NCBI GenBank assembly: GCA_963828165.1
Contig: CAWHDR010000001.1
Coordinates: 2,656,001 to 2,720,000 of the forward strand
Length of the DNA: 64,000 bases
Direction of reading: 5' to 3'
Source: an uncultured Chloroflexia bacterium
GTDB taxonomy: Bacteria > Chloroflexota > Limnocylindria > Limnocylindrales > CSP1-4
The notes below the pieces were generated by a model, which saw only the letters and a list, made by a program, of their open reading frames with translations, did no database searches and was not told the DNA's origin. Below are positions 9,656 through 22,055 of the stretch, piece after piece (position 1 is the stretch's first letter; every line of letters starts with the position of its first letter). Position numbers and translations under genes: made by a program.

Positions 9656-10744
9656 TCAGGAGGCGCCTTCCTTGACATAGGGCCGGCCAACGGCGGCCGG
9701 AGCCACGCTCCGTCCCACGACCCCGGCCAGCACGATGAGCGTGAGCAGGTACGGCATCGCCCCGAACGCATTGTTGTAGAGACTCGGGTACGCCGCCTGG
9801 ATGCCGGTCAGGAAGACGCCCAGGTCTCCCGCCGGGGGGTTGGAACGGATGGCGATGCCGAGGGCTTCGGAGAACATGAACAGCAGCGCGCCGCCGAACG
9901 CCCCGATCGGCGTCCACCGCCCGAAGATGACCGCGGCCAACGCGATGAACCCGCGGTTGGCGGTCATCCCGTTCTGGAACGACTGGTTGAACTCGAGGGT
10001 GAGCCAGGCGCCGGCCAGGCCAGCGAAGATGCCGCCCAGGATGACGTTGCGGTAGCGCAGCTTGAGGACATCGATGCCGACCGTGTCCGCTGCCCGCGGG
10101 TGCTCGCCCACGGCCCGGGTCCGCAAGCCCCATCGTGACCGGAAGAGCAGGATCTGCAGGATGATCACGAAGACGATCACCGACATCGTGATCGGCCCGA
10201 CGGCGAGGAACATCCGGAAGATCCAGCCGATGACCGGCAGGTCCACGAGGAAATCGGGCGGGCGGAAGGGATCGAGGGTGCCGGCGCTCCCGGTCGGCTT
10301 GATGAGGCGGTTGAGGTAGCCCGTCAGTCCGAGCGCGATGATGTTGATGACGGTGCCACTGATGATCTGGTCGGCGCGGACCGTGACGCACAGCCACGCA
10401 TGGAGCGCCGAGACGAGCATGCCCGCGCCGATGGCGGCCAGGATGCCGATGACCAGCGCCGGGGTGAACCCGAAGAGCGCGGTCGGCACGCTTTCGGGCA
10501 TCGCCTCATGGACGAGCATCGCCACCATGAAGCCGACGAACGCGGCCGTCAGCATCATGCCCTCGATCCCGATGTTCACGATGCCGCTTCGCTCGTTCAT
10601 GATCCCGCACAGGGCGCCGAGGGCGATCGGGGTCGCGAGCTGCAGGGTCTGGGGTGCCAGGTTCGTCGTGGTGACCGCTTCGATCAGGTAGGCGATGAAC
10701 TGCAGCACGAACCCGAGGACCGGGATGTCGAACAGGACCTCCAT
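9656..10744 (-). CDS. nucleoside ABC transporter permease
   Basis: ERSGIVNIGIEGMML, RAVGEHP, GFIALAAVIFG, PYLLTL. Confidence 0.92.
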   Translation of the reverse strand: MEVLFDIPVLGFVLQFIAYLIEAVTTTNLAPQTLQLATPIALGALCGIMNERSGIVNIGIEGMMLTAAFVGFMVAMLVHEAMPESVPTALFGFTPALVIGILAAIGAGMLVSALHAWLCVTVRADQIISGTVINIIALGLTGYLNRLIKPTGSAGTLDPFRPPDFLVDLPVIGWIFRMFLAVGPITMSVIVFVIILQILLFRSRWGLRTRAVGEHPRAADTVGIDVLKLRYRNVILGGIFAGLAGAWLTLEFNQSFQNGMTANRGFIALAAVIFGRWTPIGAFGGALLFMFSEALGIAIRSNPPAGDLGVFLTGIQAAYPSLYNNAFGAMPYLLTLIVLAGVVGRSVAPAAVGRPYVKEGAS

Positions 10745-11918
10745 CAGACCGTGCCCTCGCCGTAGGTCTTGGCCACGGTCCCGAGCTCACCGGGGGTGAC
10801 CCGCTCGGCGCGGATCCGGAACGTCCGCCGGATGACGACCTCGGCGGCGAGGAACAGCAGGATCAGCCCCTGGATGACGTCGATGATCTCGATCGGGATG
10901 TTCGCGGTGATCTGCATCGATGGCGCGCCGGCGCGCATGCCGCCGAGCAGGAGCGCCGCCAGCAGGATGCCGACCGGATGCGCCCGACCCAACAGCGCGA
11001 CGGTGATACCCGCGAACCCGATCGACGTGCCGAACACTGCCGGGTAGTAGCCGAGCGTCAGGATCTCGATCGATCCGGCCAGGCCGGCGAACAGCCCGCA
11101 CAGGCTCATCGTGAGGATGATCAGTCGGCGCGGGCTCATCCCGGCGTACCGCGCGGCGCTCGGATTGGCGCCGACCGTTCGGATCTCGAAGCCGAGCGTG
11201 GTGCGATAGATGAGGAACCAGGTGATGGGGACGGTCGCCAACGCGATCAGGATGCCGAGGCTGCCATTCCGGCCGAACAGGATCGGCAGGGCCGCATTGC
11301 CGACGTCGGCCGTGCGCGAGAAGCTCGGGCCGGTGATCTTGAAGATGTCGTTGACCAGGCCGACGATGATGAAGAACGCCAGCGAGTTGAGCATGATCGT
11401 CGACACCACCTCGTGGGCACCCGTGAACGCCTTGAGCGCGCCGGGGATGAACCCGTAGAGCGCCCCGCCGAGGGCGCCGGCTACCAGCGCCACGGTGACC
11501 GCGATGGGTACCGGCTGATCACCGACGGCGGCGCCGACGAGCGCGGCAACGAACGCGCCGACGAGCACCTGACCCGTCCCGCCGATGTTGAACAGCCCGG
11601 CCTTGAACCCGACCCCGACCGCGAGACCGGTCAGCACCAGGGGCGCGGCGGCTGCGACGGTACTGGTGAGGGCGCGGGCAGCGCGGTCCGGGTCGATCGA
11701 GAACGCGAGGCTGGGCACGTCCGCTGCGCTCACGTCGAGCAGCGACAGCCCAGTGGCCCCCTCGAGGAGGCTCTCGTAGGCGACGAGCGGCAGGAGCAGG
11801 TTCAGGGACTCACCGATGGCCAGGCTCGAGGCGATGATGAGGAGCGAGCCGAGCAGCAACGCGAGGATGATCGAGATGATCGGGATGATGGCCAGCGCCC
11901 ACAGCCGACGAAGCGTGG

Positions 11919-11922
<4 letters not shown>
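10744..11922 (-). CDS. nucleoside ABC transporter permease
   Basis: AGLFNIGGTGQ, AHEVVSTIMLN, GFEIRTVGANPSAARYAGM. Confidence 0.92.
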
Positions 11923-13508
<1,586 letters not shown>

Positions 13509-13589
13509 GGCGTCCTCAGCTTCGACTCGGCGGTCAGGACGGAAGGTGCGGGCCCGGGGTGGAGCGCATGATAAACGTCCGTTGGAACG

Positions 13590-13621
13590 CCGGAGAGGCG
13601 GTCTTGCGACCGCCTCTCCGG
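13590..13621. terminator. intercistronic stem-loop after the BMP gene
   Basis: 14-bp perfect inverted repeat CCGGAGAGGCGGTC-TTGC-GACCGCCTCTCCGG. Confidence 0.6.
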
Positions 13622-13649
13622 GAGTTGCGCTGGGAACGGAGAGCGGAGA

Positions 13650-14825
13650 CTAGGTGCCGCTCACCGTGCACTTGGTCGGGGCGCACGGGTCGAGCGTCCC
13701 GGCCTTCAGGCCTTCGAGCGCCGTGTCGAGCAGGGCCTGGATCTCAGGCGTGATCAACGCGGCGTTGTCGTGGTAATCGGACAGGCCGATCGCCGGCGGG
13801 GTGGACGCCGCGTCATACAGGACGGTGCCCGCCTGGAAGGTGTCACTGGCCACGCTCGTGACGACGGCCTGGACGGTGTCCTTGAGCTTCTTCTCGGCGC
13901 TGGTGACGATGCACTTCGCGAGATTCGGCAGGCTCACGGCCTGGTCGACGTCGACGCCGATGCCCACGAGGTCCGCATCGCAGGCGGCCTCGAGCACGCC
14001 CACGCCGGTCAGACCGGCGACCTGGAACAGCACGTCGGCATCCTGGCCGATGAACTGACCCGCGATGGCGCGGCCCTTGGCCTGGTCGTTGAAGCCGACT
14101 GCGGGGTTCGGGTCGGTCTCCTGGTAGAGGACCTTGATGTCCGCGTTGACCGACTTGGCGCCGTTCTCATAGCCGCGCCAGTAGTTGACGACCGCCGGGA
14201 CGTTGGTCCCGCCGACGGCACCGATCGTGCCGGTCTTGCTGAGGCTGGCGGCGACGATGCCGGCGAGGTAGCCGGGCTGCGCCTCGGCGAAGACGATGCC
14301 CTGATAGTTCGGGATCAGGGTCGCGGCATCACCGGCACAGGCGAACGTCGGATCCGGCACGCCCTCGGCGTCAACGCAGACGCCCTGGTCGACACCGACG
14401 AACTTGATGTCCGGGTTCGCCTTGGCGGCGATGGCCGTGTCCGTCCCGATGAGGAACCCGACGGTCACGATGACGTCGAAGTCGGCATCGATGAGCGTCT
14501 GGATGTTCGCCGCATAGTCGCCGATCGCCTGGGTGACGATGACGTCGTGGGAACCGCCGGTGGCCTCGGCCGCGGCGAGCGCCCCTTCGTTCGACGACTG
14601 GTTGAAGGACTTGTCCTCGAGCTGCCCGACGTCGGTGACGACACCGACCTTCAGCGGCGTCAGCGCCGCCGACGGCTCCGCGGATGGGGCCTCGGACGCC
14701 GCTTCGCTTGGCGGCGGAGCGACGGACGCGGGAGCACTCGGTGCGGTCGATGCCGCGCCGGGGCCGCATGCCGCGACGAGGATGGCCATACCTGCGAACA
14801 GGGTCAGGCCGAAGCGCTTCTGCAT
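13650..14825 (-). CDS. BMP family nucleoside-binding lipoprotein
   Basis: Lipobox LVAAC; DKSFNQS, GYLAG, IGVDVDQ, TSAEK; AGGAGG RBS. Confidence 0.93.
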   Translation of the reverse strand: MQKRFGLTLFAGMAILVAACGPGAASTAPSAPASVAPPPSEAASEAPSAEPSAALTPLKVGVVTDVGQLEDKSFNQSSNEGALAAAEATGGSHDVIVTQAIGDYAANIQTLIDADFDVIVTVGFLIGTDTAIAAKANPDIKFVGVDQGVCVDAEGVPDPTFACAGDAATLIPNYQGIVFAEAQPGYLAGIVAASLSKTGTIGAVGGTNVPAVVNYWRGYENGAKSVNADIKVLYQETDPNPAVGFNDQAKGRAIAGQFIGQDADVLFQVAGLTGVGVLEAACDADLVGIGVDVDQAVSLPNLAKCIVTSAEKKLKDTVQAVVTSVASDTFQAGTVLYDAASTPPAIGLSDYHDNAALITPEIQALLDTALEGLKAGTLDPCAPTKCTVSGT

Positions 14826-15023
14826 GTGTTCTCCTCCTAGCCGGGTCCCCCGCGGCCCTGACGGGCGCGCCCGGGGGCGACCCGGATCCGAACCGACCGC
14901 TTCTCCCCGGACGGCATCGATTGCGCATCCTACCCCATGGTGACCCTGTGGGCATACTGCAAAGGTGAGCCAGCGGTGCCGATTCCTTCACGTTCCCGGG
15001 CAGGCTCACGAGGGCCGAAGTTC

Positions 15024-15716
15024 ATGCTGCGAAGTGACCTGGCGATCGCGGCCATGGCCGTCGTCTTCGGGCTGGGGGGTTGTGCCGTGACGCCGTCACC
15101 GCCGGGCCGTCCGGACGGCCTGCGCTACGTGGCGCTTGGTGATTCGTACACGATCGGGACGTCGGTGGAGCCAGCGGAGCGCTTCCCTGACCAGCTCGTG
15201 GCGGCCCTGGGTACGACGGCGCCGACCCTGCAGCTGGCCGCCAACCTCGCGGTCAACGGCTACACGTCGGCCGACGTCGTGCGCGAGGAGCTGCCCGCCC
15301 TCGCCGGTCTCGAGCCCGAGTTCGTGACCGTCCTGATCGGGGTCAACGACGTCGTGCAGGGCGTCCCGATCGAGACGTACGAGAGCACCGTCGCGACCAT
15401 CCTCGACGCGCTCCTCGCCCGCCTCCCGGCGGAGCGCATCGTCGCCGTCGCCATCCCGGATTACACGGCCACCCCCGCAGGTGCCGACTATGGCGACCCG
15501 ACCCAGCAGCACGACGCGATCGTGGCGAGCAACGCCGTCATGGAGCGGCTTGCCGGGGCGCGGGGCATCGCCTTTGTCGACATCTTCGACCTGTCACTCC
15601 GCGCCGCCGACGACCGCTCGCTCGTGGCTGGCGACGGCCTCCACCCGAGTGGCACGCAGTACGCGCTGTGGGTCGAGCGGCTCCAGCCGGTCGTGGAGCG
15701 GCTGCTCGGCCGCTAG
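15024..15716 (+). CDS. SGNH/GDSL hydrolase, probable lipoprotein
   Basis: Complete catalytic blocks YVALGDS, AVNG, IGVND, DGLHP; lipobox LGGC. Confidence 0.9.
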   Translation: MLRSDLAIAAMAVVFGLGGCAVTPSPPGRPDGLRYVALGDSYTIGTSVEPAERFPDQLVAALGTTAPTLQLAANLAVNGYTSADVVREELPALAGLEPEFVTVLIGVNDVVQGVPIETYESTVATILDALLARLPAERIVAVAIPDYTATPAGADYGDPTQQHDAIVASNAVMERLAGARGIAFVDIFDLSLRAADDRSLVAGDGLHPSGTQYALWVERLQPVVERLLGR

Positions 15717-15770
15717 TCTGCCGGTCCTGGCGCGGCCGCCGGGACTGATCGACCCGCCGTGAGCGAAGGA

Positions 15771-16154
15771 TCAGCGGCCGTCTCGCAGCTCGTGGAGGCG
15801 CGCGTCGCTGATCCCGAAGTGGTGGGCGATCTCGTGATAGACCGTGTCGGTGACCGCTGCCGCGAGCCGTGCCGGCGTCCGATTCGCGCGGGTCAGCGGT
15901 CCGCGGAAGATCGTGATCTTGCTGGGGTAGCTGACGCCATCGGCCGCCCAGGCCGTCCGGGGCACACCCTGGTAGAGCCCGTACAGACCGTGCGCTCGAA
16001 CCGATGCCAGCTGCTCGGGCGTGGGCTCGTCTTCGATGACGATGGCGACCGATCCGAGACGGTCCCGGAACGGCGCCGGCAGCCGTTCCAGCGCATCGAC
16101 CACGATGGTCTCGATCTCGGAGTCGCCCGCGGTCTGTTCGATATCGATGTTCAC
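15771..16154 (-). CDS. zincin-like metallopeptidase family protein (DUF1025-like)
   Basis: LYGLYQGVP, KITIFRGP, HEIAHHFGI. Confidence 0.88.
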   Translation of the reverse strand: MNIDIEQTAGDSEIETIVVDALERLPAPFRDRLGSVAIVIEDEPTPEQLASVRAHGLYGLYQGVPRTAWAADGVSYPSKITIFRGPLTRANRTPARLAAAVTDTVYHEIAHHFGISDARLHELRDGR

Positions 16155-16323
16155 GCTCGGGAGCGTAGTCGGTCACGGTCACATCCGCCGAAGCCATCCG
16201 TGGCGGAAGGCCTGTCGAGGCCCCTCAGCCACCCTCGGATCAGCGCGCGGCGCACGACCGACACCATAATGCTGGCCTGCACCGCGAGCAGGAACGCTCG
16301 GGGTTTCATCGACGGAGGGTCAC

Positions 16324-17748
16324 GTGACAGCTGTGCAGATCACAGGTCTGACGGGCGAGACTCGGGATATCCCGGGAGAAGCCCTCGACACGCTGGCGGC
16401 CGATCTGGACGGCCCCGTGGTCTACCCGGACGACGAGCCGTTTGCCGAAGCGACGGCCATCTGGAACGGGATGATCAAGAAGCGGCCGGCCGTGGTGGTG
16501 CGCCCGGCAACCGTGGGGGACGTCGTACGAACCCTCCAGTTCGTCCGCGAGCACGGGCTTCAGGTGTCCATCAAGGGCGGGGGGCACAACATCGCCGGCC
16601 TGGCGCTCTGTGACGGCGGTGTCACCCTTGACATGTCGACGATGAACGACGTGACGGTCGACCCCGAGACGCGGCTGGTGCGGGTCGGCCCGGGCTGCAA
16701 CCTGGGCGATGTCGATCGAGCGACCCAGGAGCACGGTCTGGCCACCACGCTCGGATTCGTCTCCGCGACCGGTGTGGCCGGGCTCACCCTGGGTGGAGGG
16801 TTCGGCTACCTGACCCGTCGATTCGGATGGACGGTGGATGATCTCGAGGAGGTCGAGATCGTCACCGCCGACGGGACGGTCCGGCGCGCCTCCCGCACCG
16901 AGAACGAGGACCTCTTCTGGGCGCTCCGGGGCGGCGGCGGCAACTTCGGGATCGTCACCGAGTTCGTGTTCCGACTGCATGAGGTCGGGCCGCAGGTGAC
17001 CGCCGGCGTCATCGCCTGGCCGGCGTCCGAGGCCGATGCGGTCCTGGCTCTCTATCGGACCGTCGCGGAGTCGTCCCCACGAGAGCTGACCTCTGTCGTG
17101 GTGCGCCGGAATGCGCCGCCCGCGCCGTGGCTTCCCGAGTCCGCGCACGGCACCCCGGTGATCATGGTGATCGTGTGCCACTCAGGGTCCCTGGAGCAGG
17201 CACAGGCCGACCTGGCCCCGATCAAGGCGCATGGCGAGCCCCTGGCCGACCTGATCGTGGTCAAGGACTACGTCGCCCAACAGACCCTCCTCGACGCGAC
17301 CCAGCCAAAGGGCATGCACTACTACTGGAAGTCTGAATTCGTCGGGGGCCTGAGCGACGAACTCTTCGCTGCCTACAACGCGCAGTTCGTCGGCCTGACG
17401 GCGCCGGCGAACCAGATGGTGCTCTTCCAGATCGCCGGCGCGCTCAACGAGCATCCCGAGGATGACGGAGCCATGGGCAACCGGGAGGCCGCATTCGCCT
17501 GCGTGATCCAGGCGATGTGGAAACCCGACTCCGGGGCCGACGACGCCAATCGCGAGTGGGTGCGGAACGCGTGGCACGCGATCCGGCCATATTCCACGGG
17601 CGGCAACTACGTGAACTTCCAGACCGAAGACGAGGCCGATGAGCGCACGGTGGCGTCGTACCGGGACAACTACGCGCGCCTCGAGACGATCAAGGCGACG
17701 TACGACCCGTCCAATGTCTTCCGGGTGAACCGAAACATTCGACCCTAG
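16324..17748 (+). CDS. FAD-linked oxidase (berberine bridge enzyme-like)
   Basis: SIKGGGHN, GLTLGGGFG, DLFWALRGGGGNFGIV, YVNF, YDPSNVFRVNRNI. Confidence 0.93.
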   Translation: MTAVQITGLTGETRDIPGEALDTLAADLDGPVVYPDDEPFAEATAIWNGMIKKRPAVVVRPATVGDVVRTLQFVREHGLQVSIKGGGHNIAGLALCDGGVTLDMSTMNDVTVDPETRLVRVGPGCNLGDVDRATQEHGLATTLGFVSATGVAGLTLGGGFGYLTRRFGWTVDDLEEVEIVTADGTVRRASRTENEDLFWALRGGGGNFGIVTEFVFRLHEVGPQVTAGVIAWPASEADAVLALYRTVAESSPRELTSVVVRRNAPPAPWLPESAHGTPVIMVIVCHSGSLEQAQADLAPIKAHGEPLADLIVVKDYVAQQTLLDATQPKGMHYYWKSEFVGGLSDELFAAYNAQFVGLTAPANQMVLFQIAGALNEHPEDDGAMGNREAAFACVIQAMWKPDSGADDANREWVRNAWHAIRPYSTGGNYVNFQTEDEADERTVASYRDNYARLETIKATYDPSNVFRVNRNIRP

Positions 17749-17807
17749 CGTCCCGGCGACGATCGCCGGCACCTGAGTCACGGTCGGACCGCTACCATGG
17801 ATCCTCC

Positions 17808-20800
17808 GTGACGACCCTGGCTCCCAACGACTTCACGCACCTCCACGCCCATTCCGAATTCAGCCTGCTCGACGGACTCGGCCGGATCACGGAGCTGGTC
17901 GACGCGGCGGCCGCCCAGGGCATGGATTCGATGGCCATCACGGACCACGGCGCCCTCTACGGCGCGGTCGCCTTCTACCAGGCCGCGAAGAACAAGGGCA
18001 TCAAGCCGATCATCGGCGTCGAGACCTACGTCGCTCGCCGCTCCATGACCGACAAGGAGGGCAAGGCCGACAGCCAGCCGTTCCACCTCATCCTCCTGGC
18101 CAGGGACTACCGCGGCTACCAGAACCTCTGCCGCCTCGTCACCGACGCCCACATCGACGGCTACTACTACAAGCCGCGCATCGATCGCGAGCATCTCGCG
18201 AAATACAGCGAGGGCCTCATCGGACTGAGCGCCTGTCTCGGTGGCGAGGTCGCCAAGGCGCTCGAGGTCGAGGACTGGGAGCTGGCCCGCCACGTCGCGG
18301 GTGAGTACAAGGAGATCTTCGGCAAGGACGGCTTCTTCCTGGAGCTGCAGGACCACGGCGTCCCGGAGCAGGCTCGGCTCAACGGCCAGCTGCTCCGGCT
18401 GGCCCCGGAGATCGGCCTCCCGCTGGTCGTCACCAACGACCTCCACTACGTCCGTCAGGAGCAGTCCGAGGCGCATGACGTCCTGCTGTGCGTGGGCACC
18501 GGCAACAACCTCGACACGCCGGGCCGGCTGAAGTTCGAGACCCACGAGTTCTATGTCAAGTCGGCGGCCCAGATGGCGGCGCTCTTCCCGGACCAGCCCG
18601 AGGCGATCCTGAACAGCCGCCGCATCGCCGAGATGACAGACATCGAGCTGCCGCTGGGGCAGCTGCGCATCCCGCACTTCCCGGTGCCGGAGGGCCACAC
18701 GGTCGAAAGCTGGCTGCGCGCTGAGTGCGAGGCGGGCCTCGAGCGCCGCTATGGGACCGTCACGCCCGCCCTCCAGGAACGGCTCGACTACGAGCTGGGC
18801 GTCATCATCCAGATGGGCTACGCAGCCTATTTCCTGATCGTCGCGGACTTCATCGCATTCGCCCGGCGGGAGGGCATCCAGACGACCTGCCGCGGCAGCG
18901 CCCCGGGCAGCATCGTCACGTATACGCTCGGGATCACGCCGGTGGACCCGATCCTCTACCAGCTCCCGTTCGAGCGCTTCCTGAACCCCGACCGCGTGAC
19001 GATGCCCGACATCGACGTGGACTTCGAGGACGGCCGGCGCGACGAGGTCATCGCCTACGTCGGGCGCAAGTACGGGCAGGATCACGTCGCGCAGATCATC
19101 ACGTTCGGCACGATGCTCGCCCGGGCCGCCATCCGCGACGTCGGTCGCGTGCTCGGCCACTCGTACGGCGAGGTCGACCGCATCGCGAAGGCCGTCCCGA
19201 ACCAGCTCGGGATCACGCTCGATGAGGCCATCCGGACCGCCCCCGCGCTGCGCGAGCAGGTCGAGGCGGACCCCTCGATCAAGCGGATCACCGACTTCGC
19301 GCGGCATCTCGAAGGCGTCGCCCGGAACGCCAGCACGCACGCCGCCGGCGTCGTCATCAGCCGCGAGCCGCTGACCGAGCTCATGCCACTCCAGAAGGCG
19401 ACGAACTCGGACTCGCTGATGACCCAGTACGAGATGCACGCCATCGAGGCGATGGGCCTGCTCAAGTTCGACTTCCTGGGGCTGTCGAACCTGACGATCC
19501 TCCGCCAGGCGGTCGATTTCGTGCGGGAACACCGCGGAATCGCGATCGACCTCGACACGATCCCGCTCGACGACGCGAAGACCTTCGACCTGCTGGCGTC
19601 GGGCGAGACGACGGGCATCTTCCAGCTCGAGTCCGCGGGCATGCGCCGCTACATCCGCGAGCTTCGACCGACCTCGGTCCACGATCTTGCGGCGATGGTC
19701 GCGCTGTACCGCCCCGGGCCGATGGACAACATCCCGGCCTACATCCGCCGCAAGCACGGTCAGGAGCCGGTCACCTACCTCCATCCGCTGCTCGAGCCGT
19801 ACCTGGAGAAGACCTACGGGATCTTCGTCTACCAGGAGGACATCATGTCCGCGGCCGTCGCTCTCGGCGGTTTCACCGGCCCCGAGGCGGACACGCTGGG
19901 CTATGCGATCCGGAAGAAGAAGTCGTCCGTCCTGCGCGCCCAGAAGGAGCGATTCGTCACCCAGGCCGCCGAGCGCGGAGTCGACGCCGGCGTCATCGAT
20001 GCCGTCTTCCATGCGTTCGAGCCATTCGAGCGCTACGGCTTCAACAAGGCCCACGCCACCTGCTACGGGCTGATCGCGTACCAGACCGCGTACCTCAAGG
20101 CCAACCACACCGTGGACTACATGACCGCGGTCCTCACGGCCTTCAGGGCAAGCGAGGAGAAGGTGGCGGCCGCGGTCGCCGAGTGTCGCCGGATGGGTAT
20201 CGAGGTATTGCCACCGGACGTCCATGCGAGCCACCTGGAGTTCACCGTCGAAGGCGATGCGATCCGGTTCGGCTTGCTGGCCGTCAAGAACGTCGGCCAG
20301 GGGGCGATCGAATCGATCATCGCGGCGCGCGCCGAGGGCGGGCCGTTTCGCTCGCTGACGGACCTGTGCACCCGCATCGACCTGCGCCTCGCGAACCGCA
20401 AGGTGCTCGAGGCCCTCATCAAGGTCGGGGCCATGCGCGAGTTCGGTCATCCGGCCCAGCTCCTGCTCGGGGTCGACGATGCGATCGGGTCGGCCCAGGC
20501 GACCCAGCGCGACCGGATCACCGGCCAGACCTCGCTTTTCGATCTGGGTGCCGGCGACGCGGACGTCCTCGAGCGGCCATTGCCAGCCGCCACGGAGGTG
20601 CCGGTGCGAGAGCGGCTGCGCTGGGAGAAGGAGCTGCTCGGCCTGTACCTCTCCGAGCACCCGATGGGCGAGGTCGCCGAGCAAGTCGGCCGATACGTGA
20701 ACGCCTATTCGGGCGATCTCAAGGACGAGGCACTCGACGGCCAGCGAGTCGTCATCGGGGGGATCGTCACGGGGATCCGAACGGTCATCACGAAGCGCCA

Positions 20801-21611
20801 GGAGGCGATGGCCATCGCCACGCTGGAGGACCTGCAGGGCTCGATCGAGGTCGTGGTCTTTCCCCGCCTGTACGAGACCAGCCGCCCGACGTGGCGGGAC
20901 GGGGCGATCCTGCTGGTCGCCGGACGGGTGGATCACAAGGGCGAAGAGGTATCGCTGCTGGCCGATCTCGCAGCGGACTGGGACGACGCCTCCGCTCGCG
21001 GACCCGAGGCGTTCGCACGGGAGGTGGCGGCGGGTGATCGCTCCGGCGGACGCGGCGGCCCACGACGACCACCGGTACCGGTCGGCCCGGGGCCGGGCTG
21101 GGGGCCCGGCGGCAACGGGGTGGAGCGACCGGCCACGGTCTCTCCTCGACGGGAAGACGGCAACGGCGGGCCCCCGCCGGATGCCATGCCGCGGATCCAG
21201 CCCGCCGAACCGATCCCGGCCTACCTCGAGCCGGCCGGTGCTGTTGCGATCGCCGGCGATGCCCACGACCTTCACGAGGAACCGGCCGTGCCTGACGAGG
21301 CTCGTGCCCGGATCGTGGCCGACGCCACCGCCGACGCGCCGGTGGCAGCCGGCCCGGGCGCCATCCTGCACGTGCGGTTCGAGCACGCCGCCGCGCCCGA
21401 TCGGCTCGTCAGCGCGATGGAGGCCCTCAAGGCCCTGCTGCGTGACCGGCCGGGCGCCACGCGGGTCGTCATCCACGTGCCCGCGCCCGGTGGTGGACCG
21501 ACCCTGCCGATGGAGCTCCGGCGGGGGGTCGCCTACGACGCCGAGCTGCTCGCCGAGGTCCGCCGTCGGCTCGGCGACGGCCTCGTCGACCTCCGCCTCA
21601 TGAGCGCCTGA
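17808..21611 (+). CDS. dnaE: DNA polymerase III subunit alpha
   Basis: PHP domain HLHAHSEFSLLDG; RGSAPGS; FERFLNPDR, PDIDVDF; KFDFLGL; YGFNKAH; OB fold. Confidence 0.98.
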   Translation: MTTLAPNDFTHLHAHSEFSLLDGLGRITELVDAAAAQGMDSMAITDHGALYGAVAFYQAAKNKGIKPIIGVETYVARRSMTDKEGKADSQPFHLILLARDYRGYQNLCRLVTDAHIDGYYYKPRIDREHLAKYSEGLIGLSACLGGEVAKALEVEDWELARHVAGEYKEIFGKDGFFLELQDHGVPEQARLNGQLLRLAPEIGLPLVVTNDLHYVRQEQSEAHDVLLCVGTGNNLDTPGRLKFETHEFYVKSAAQMAALFPDQPEAILNSRRIAEMTDIELPLGQLRIPHFPVPEGHTVESWLRAECEAGLERRYGTVTPALQERLDYELGVIIQMGYAAYFLIVADFIAFARREGIQTTCRGSAPGSIVTYTLGITPVDPILYQLPFERFLNPDRVTMPDIDVDFEDGRRDEVIAYVGRKYGQDHVAQIITFGTMLARAAIRDVGRVLGHSYGEVDRIAKAVPNQLGITLDEAIRTAPALREQVEADPSIKRITDFARHLEGVARNASTHAAGVVISREPLTELMPLQKATNSDSLMTQYEMHAIEAMGLLKFDFLGLSNLTILRQAVDFVREHRGIAIDLDTIPLDDAKTFDLLASGETTGIFQLESAGMRRYIRELRPTSVHDLAAMVALYRPGPMDNIPAYIRRKHGQEPVTYLHPLLEPYLEKTYGIFVYQEDIMSAAVALGGFTGPEADTLGYAIRKKKSSVLRAQKERFVTQAAERGVDAGVIDAVFHAFEPFERYGFNKAHATCYGLIAYQTAYLKANHTVDYMTAVLTAFRASEEKVAAAVAECRRMGIEVLPPDVHASHLEFTVEGDAIRFGLLAVKNVGQGAIESIIAARAEGGPFRSLTDLCTRIDLRLANRKVLEALIKVGAMREFGHPAQLLLGVDDAIGSAQATQRDRITGQTSLFDLGAGDADVLERPLPAATEVPVRERLRWEKELLGLYLSEHPMGEVAEQVGRYVNAYSGDLKDEALDGQRVVIGGIVTGIRTVITKRQEAMAIATLEDLQGSIEVVVFPRLYETSRPTWRDGAILLVAGRVDHKGEEVSLLADLAADWDDASARGPEAFAREVAAGDRSGGRGGPRRPPVPVGPGPGWGPGGNGVERPATVSPRREDGNGGPPPDAMPRIQPAEPIPAYLEPAGAVAIAGDAHDLHEEPAVPDEARARIVADATADAPVAAGPGAILHVRFEHAAAPDRLVSAMEALKALLRDRPGATRVVIHVPAPGGGPTLPMELRRGVAYDAELLAEVRRRLGDGLVDLRLMSA

Positions 21612-21630
21612 TCGTGGCAGGGCTCCCGCC

Positions 21631-22050
21631 TCAGGACGCCGGTTCGATCTCCACGACCCGCGCCGACCACGGACAGTAGCGGTCGCTCGTCAGCGTCCGG
21701 CTTTCGACGTCGCTCGGTTCGCCGTCGCACACCTCGGTCGTCAAGTCGGCGAACTCGAAATCGGCAGGATCGAGCGACCACGACCAGCCTTCGTTCACGC
21801 CCGTGTCGCGCACGATCCGGCCGTTCGGGATGTCCGGACCTTCGCCACCGTCAAGCAACTTGAGCGCGATGGCCTGGTCGGCCGGATCGATCAGGAGCAC
21901 GCGGAACCGTTCGCCGTCGTTGACCTCGAAGGTCACGACCATCCCCGCGGAAGGCGATGGCAACGTGATCTCGGGCTCGGAGCACCCGATCAGCGCGACC
22001 GCGACCGCGACCAGGAAGGCCAGACCGGTCGCACGCGTGCTCCCGCGCAC
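21631..22050 (-). CDS. BP74-related secreted lipoprotein
   Basis: Lipobox LIGC; WSWSLDP...FEF...EVCDG...YCPWS motif recalled from BP74-like proteins. Confidence 0.7.
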   Translation of the reverse strand: MRGSTRATGLAFLVAVAVALIGCSEPEITLPSPSAGMVVTFEVNDGERFRVLLIDPADQAIALKLLDGGEGPDIPNGRIVRDTGVNEGWSWSLDPADFEFADLTTEVCDGEPSDVESRTLTSDRYCPWSARVVEIEPAS

Positions 22051-22055
22051 CTGGA

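Noticed and set aside
14826-14935. Purine riboswitch upstream of the BMP nucleoside operon
   Set aside because: A GC-rich hairpin is present, but the purine aptamer consensus is not recognisable.
17778-21476. 1232-aa antisense ORF and many other long overlapping ORFs
   Set aside because: These are shadow frames of real genes caused by high-GC codon bias; they show no motifs and are Arg/Gly-rich.
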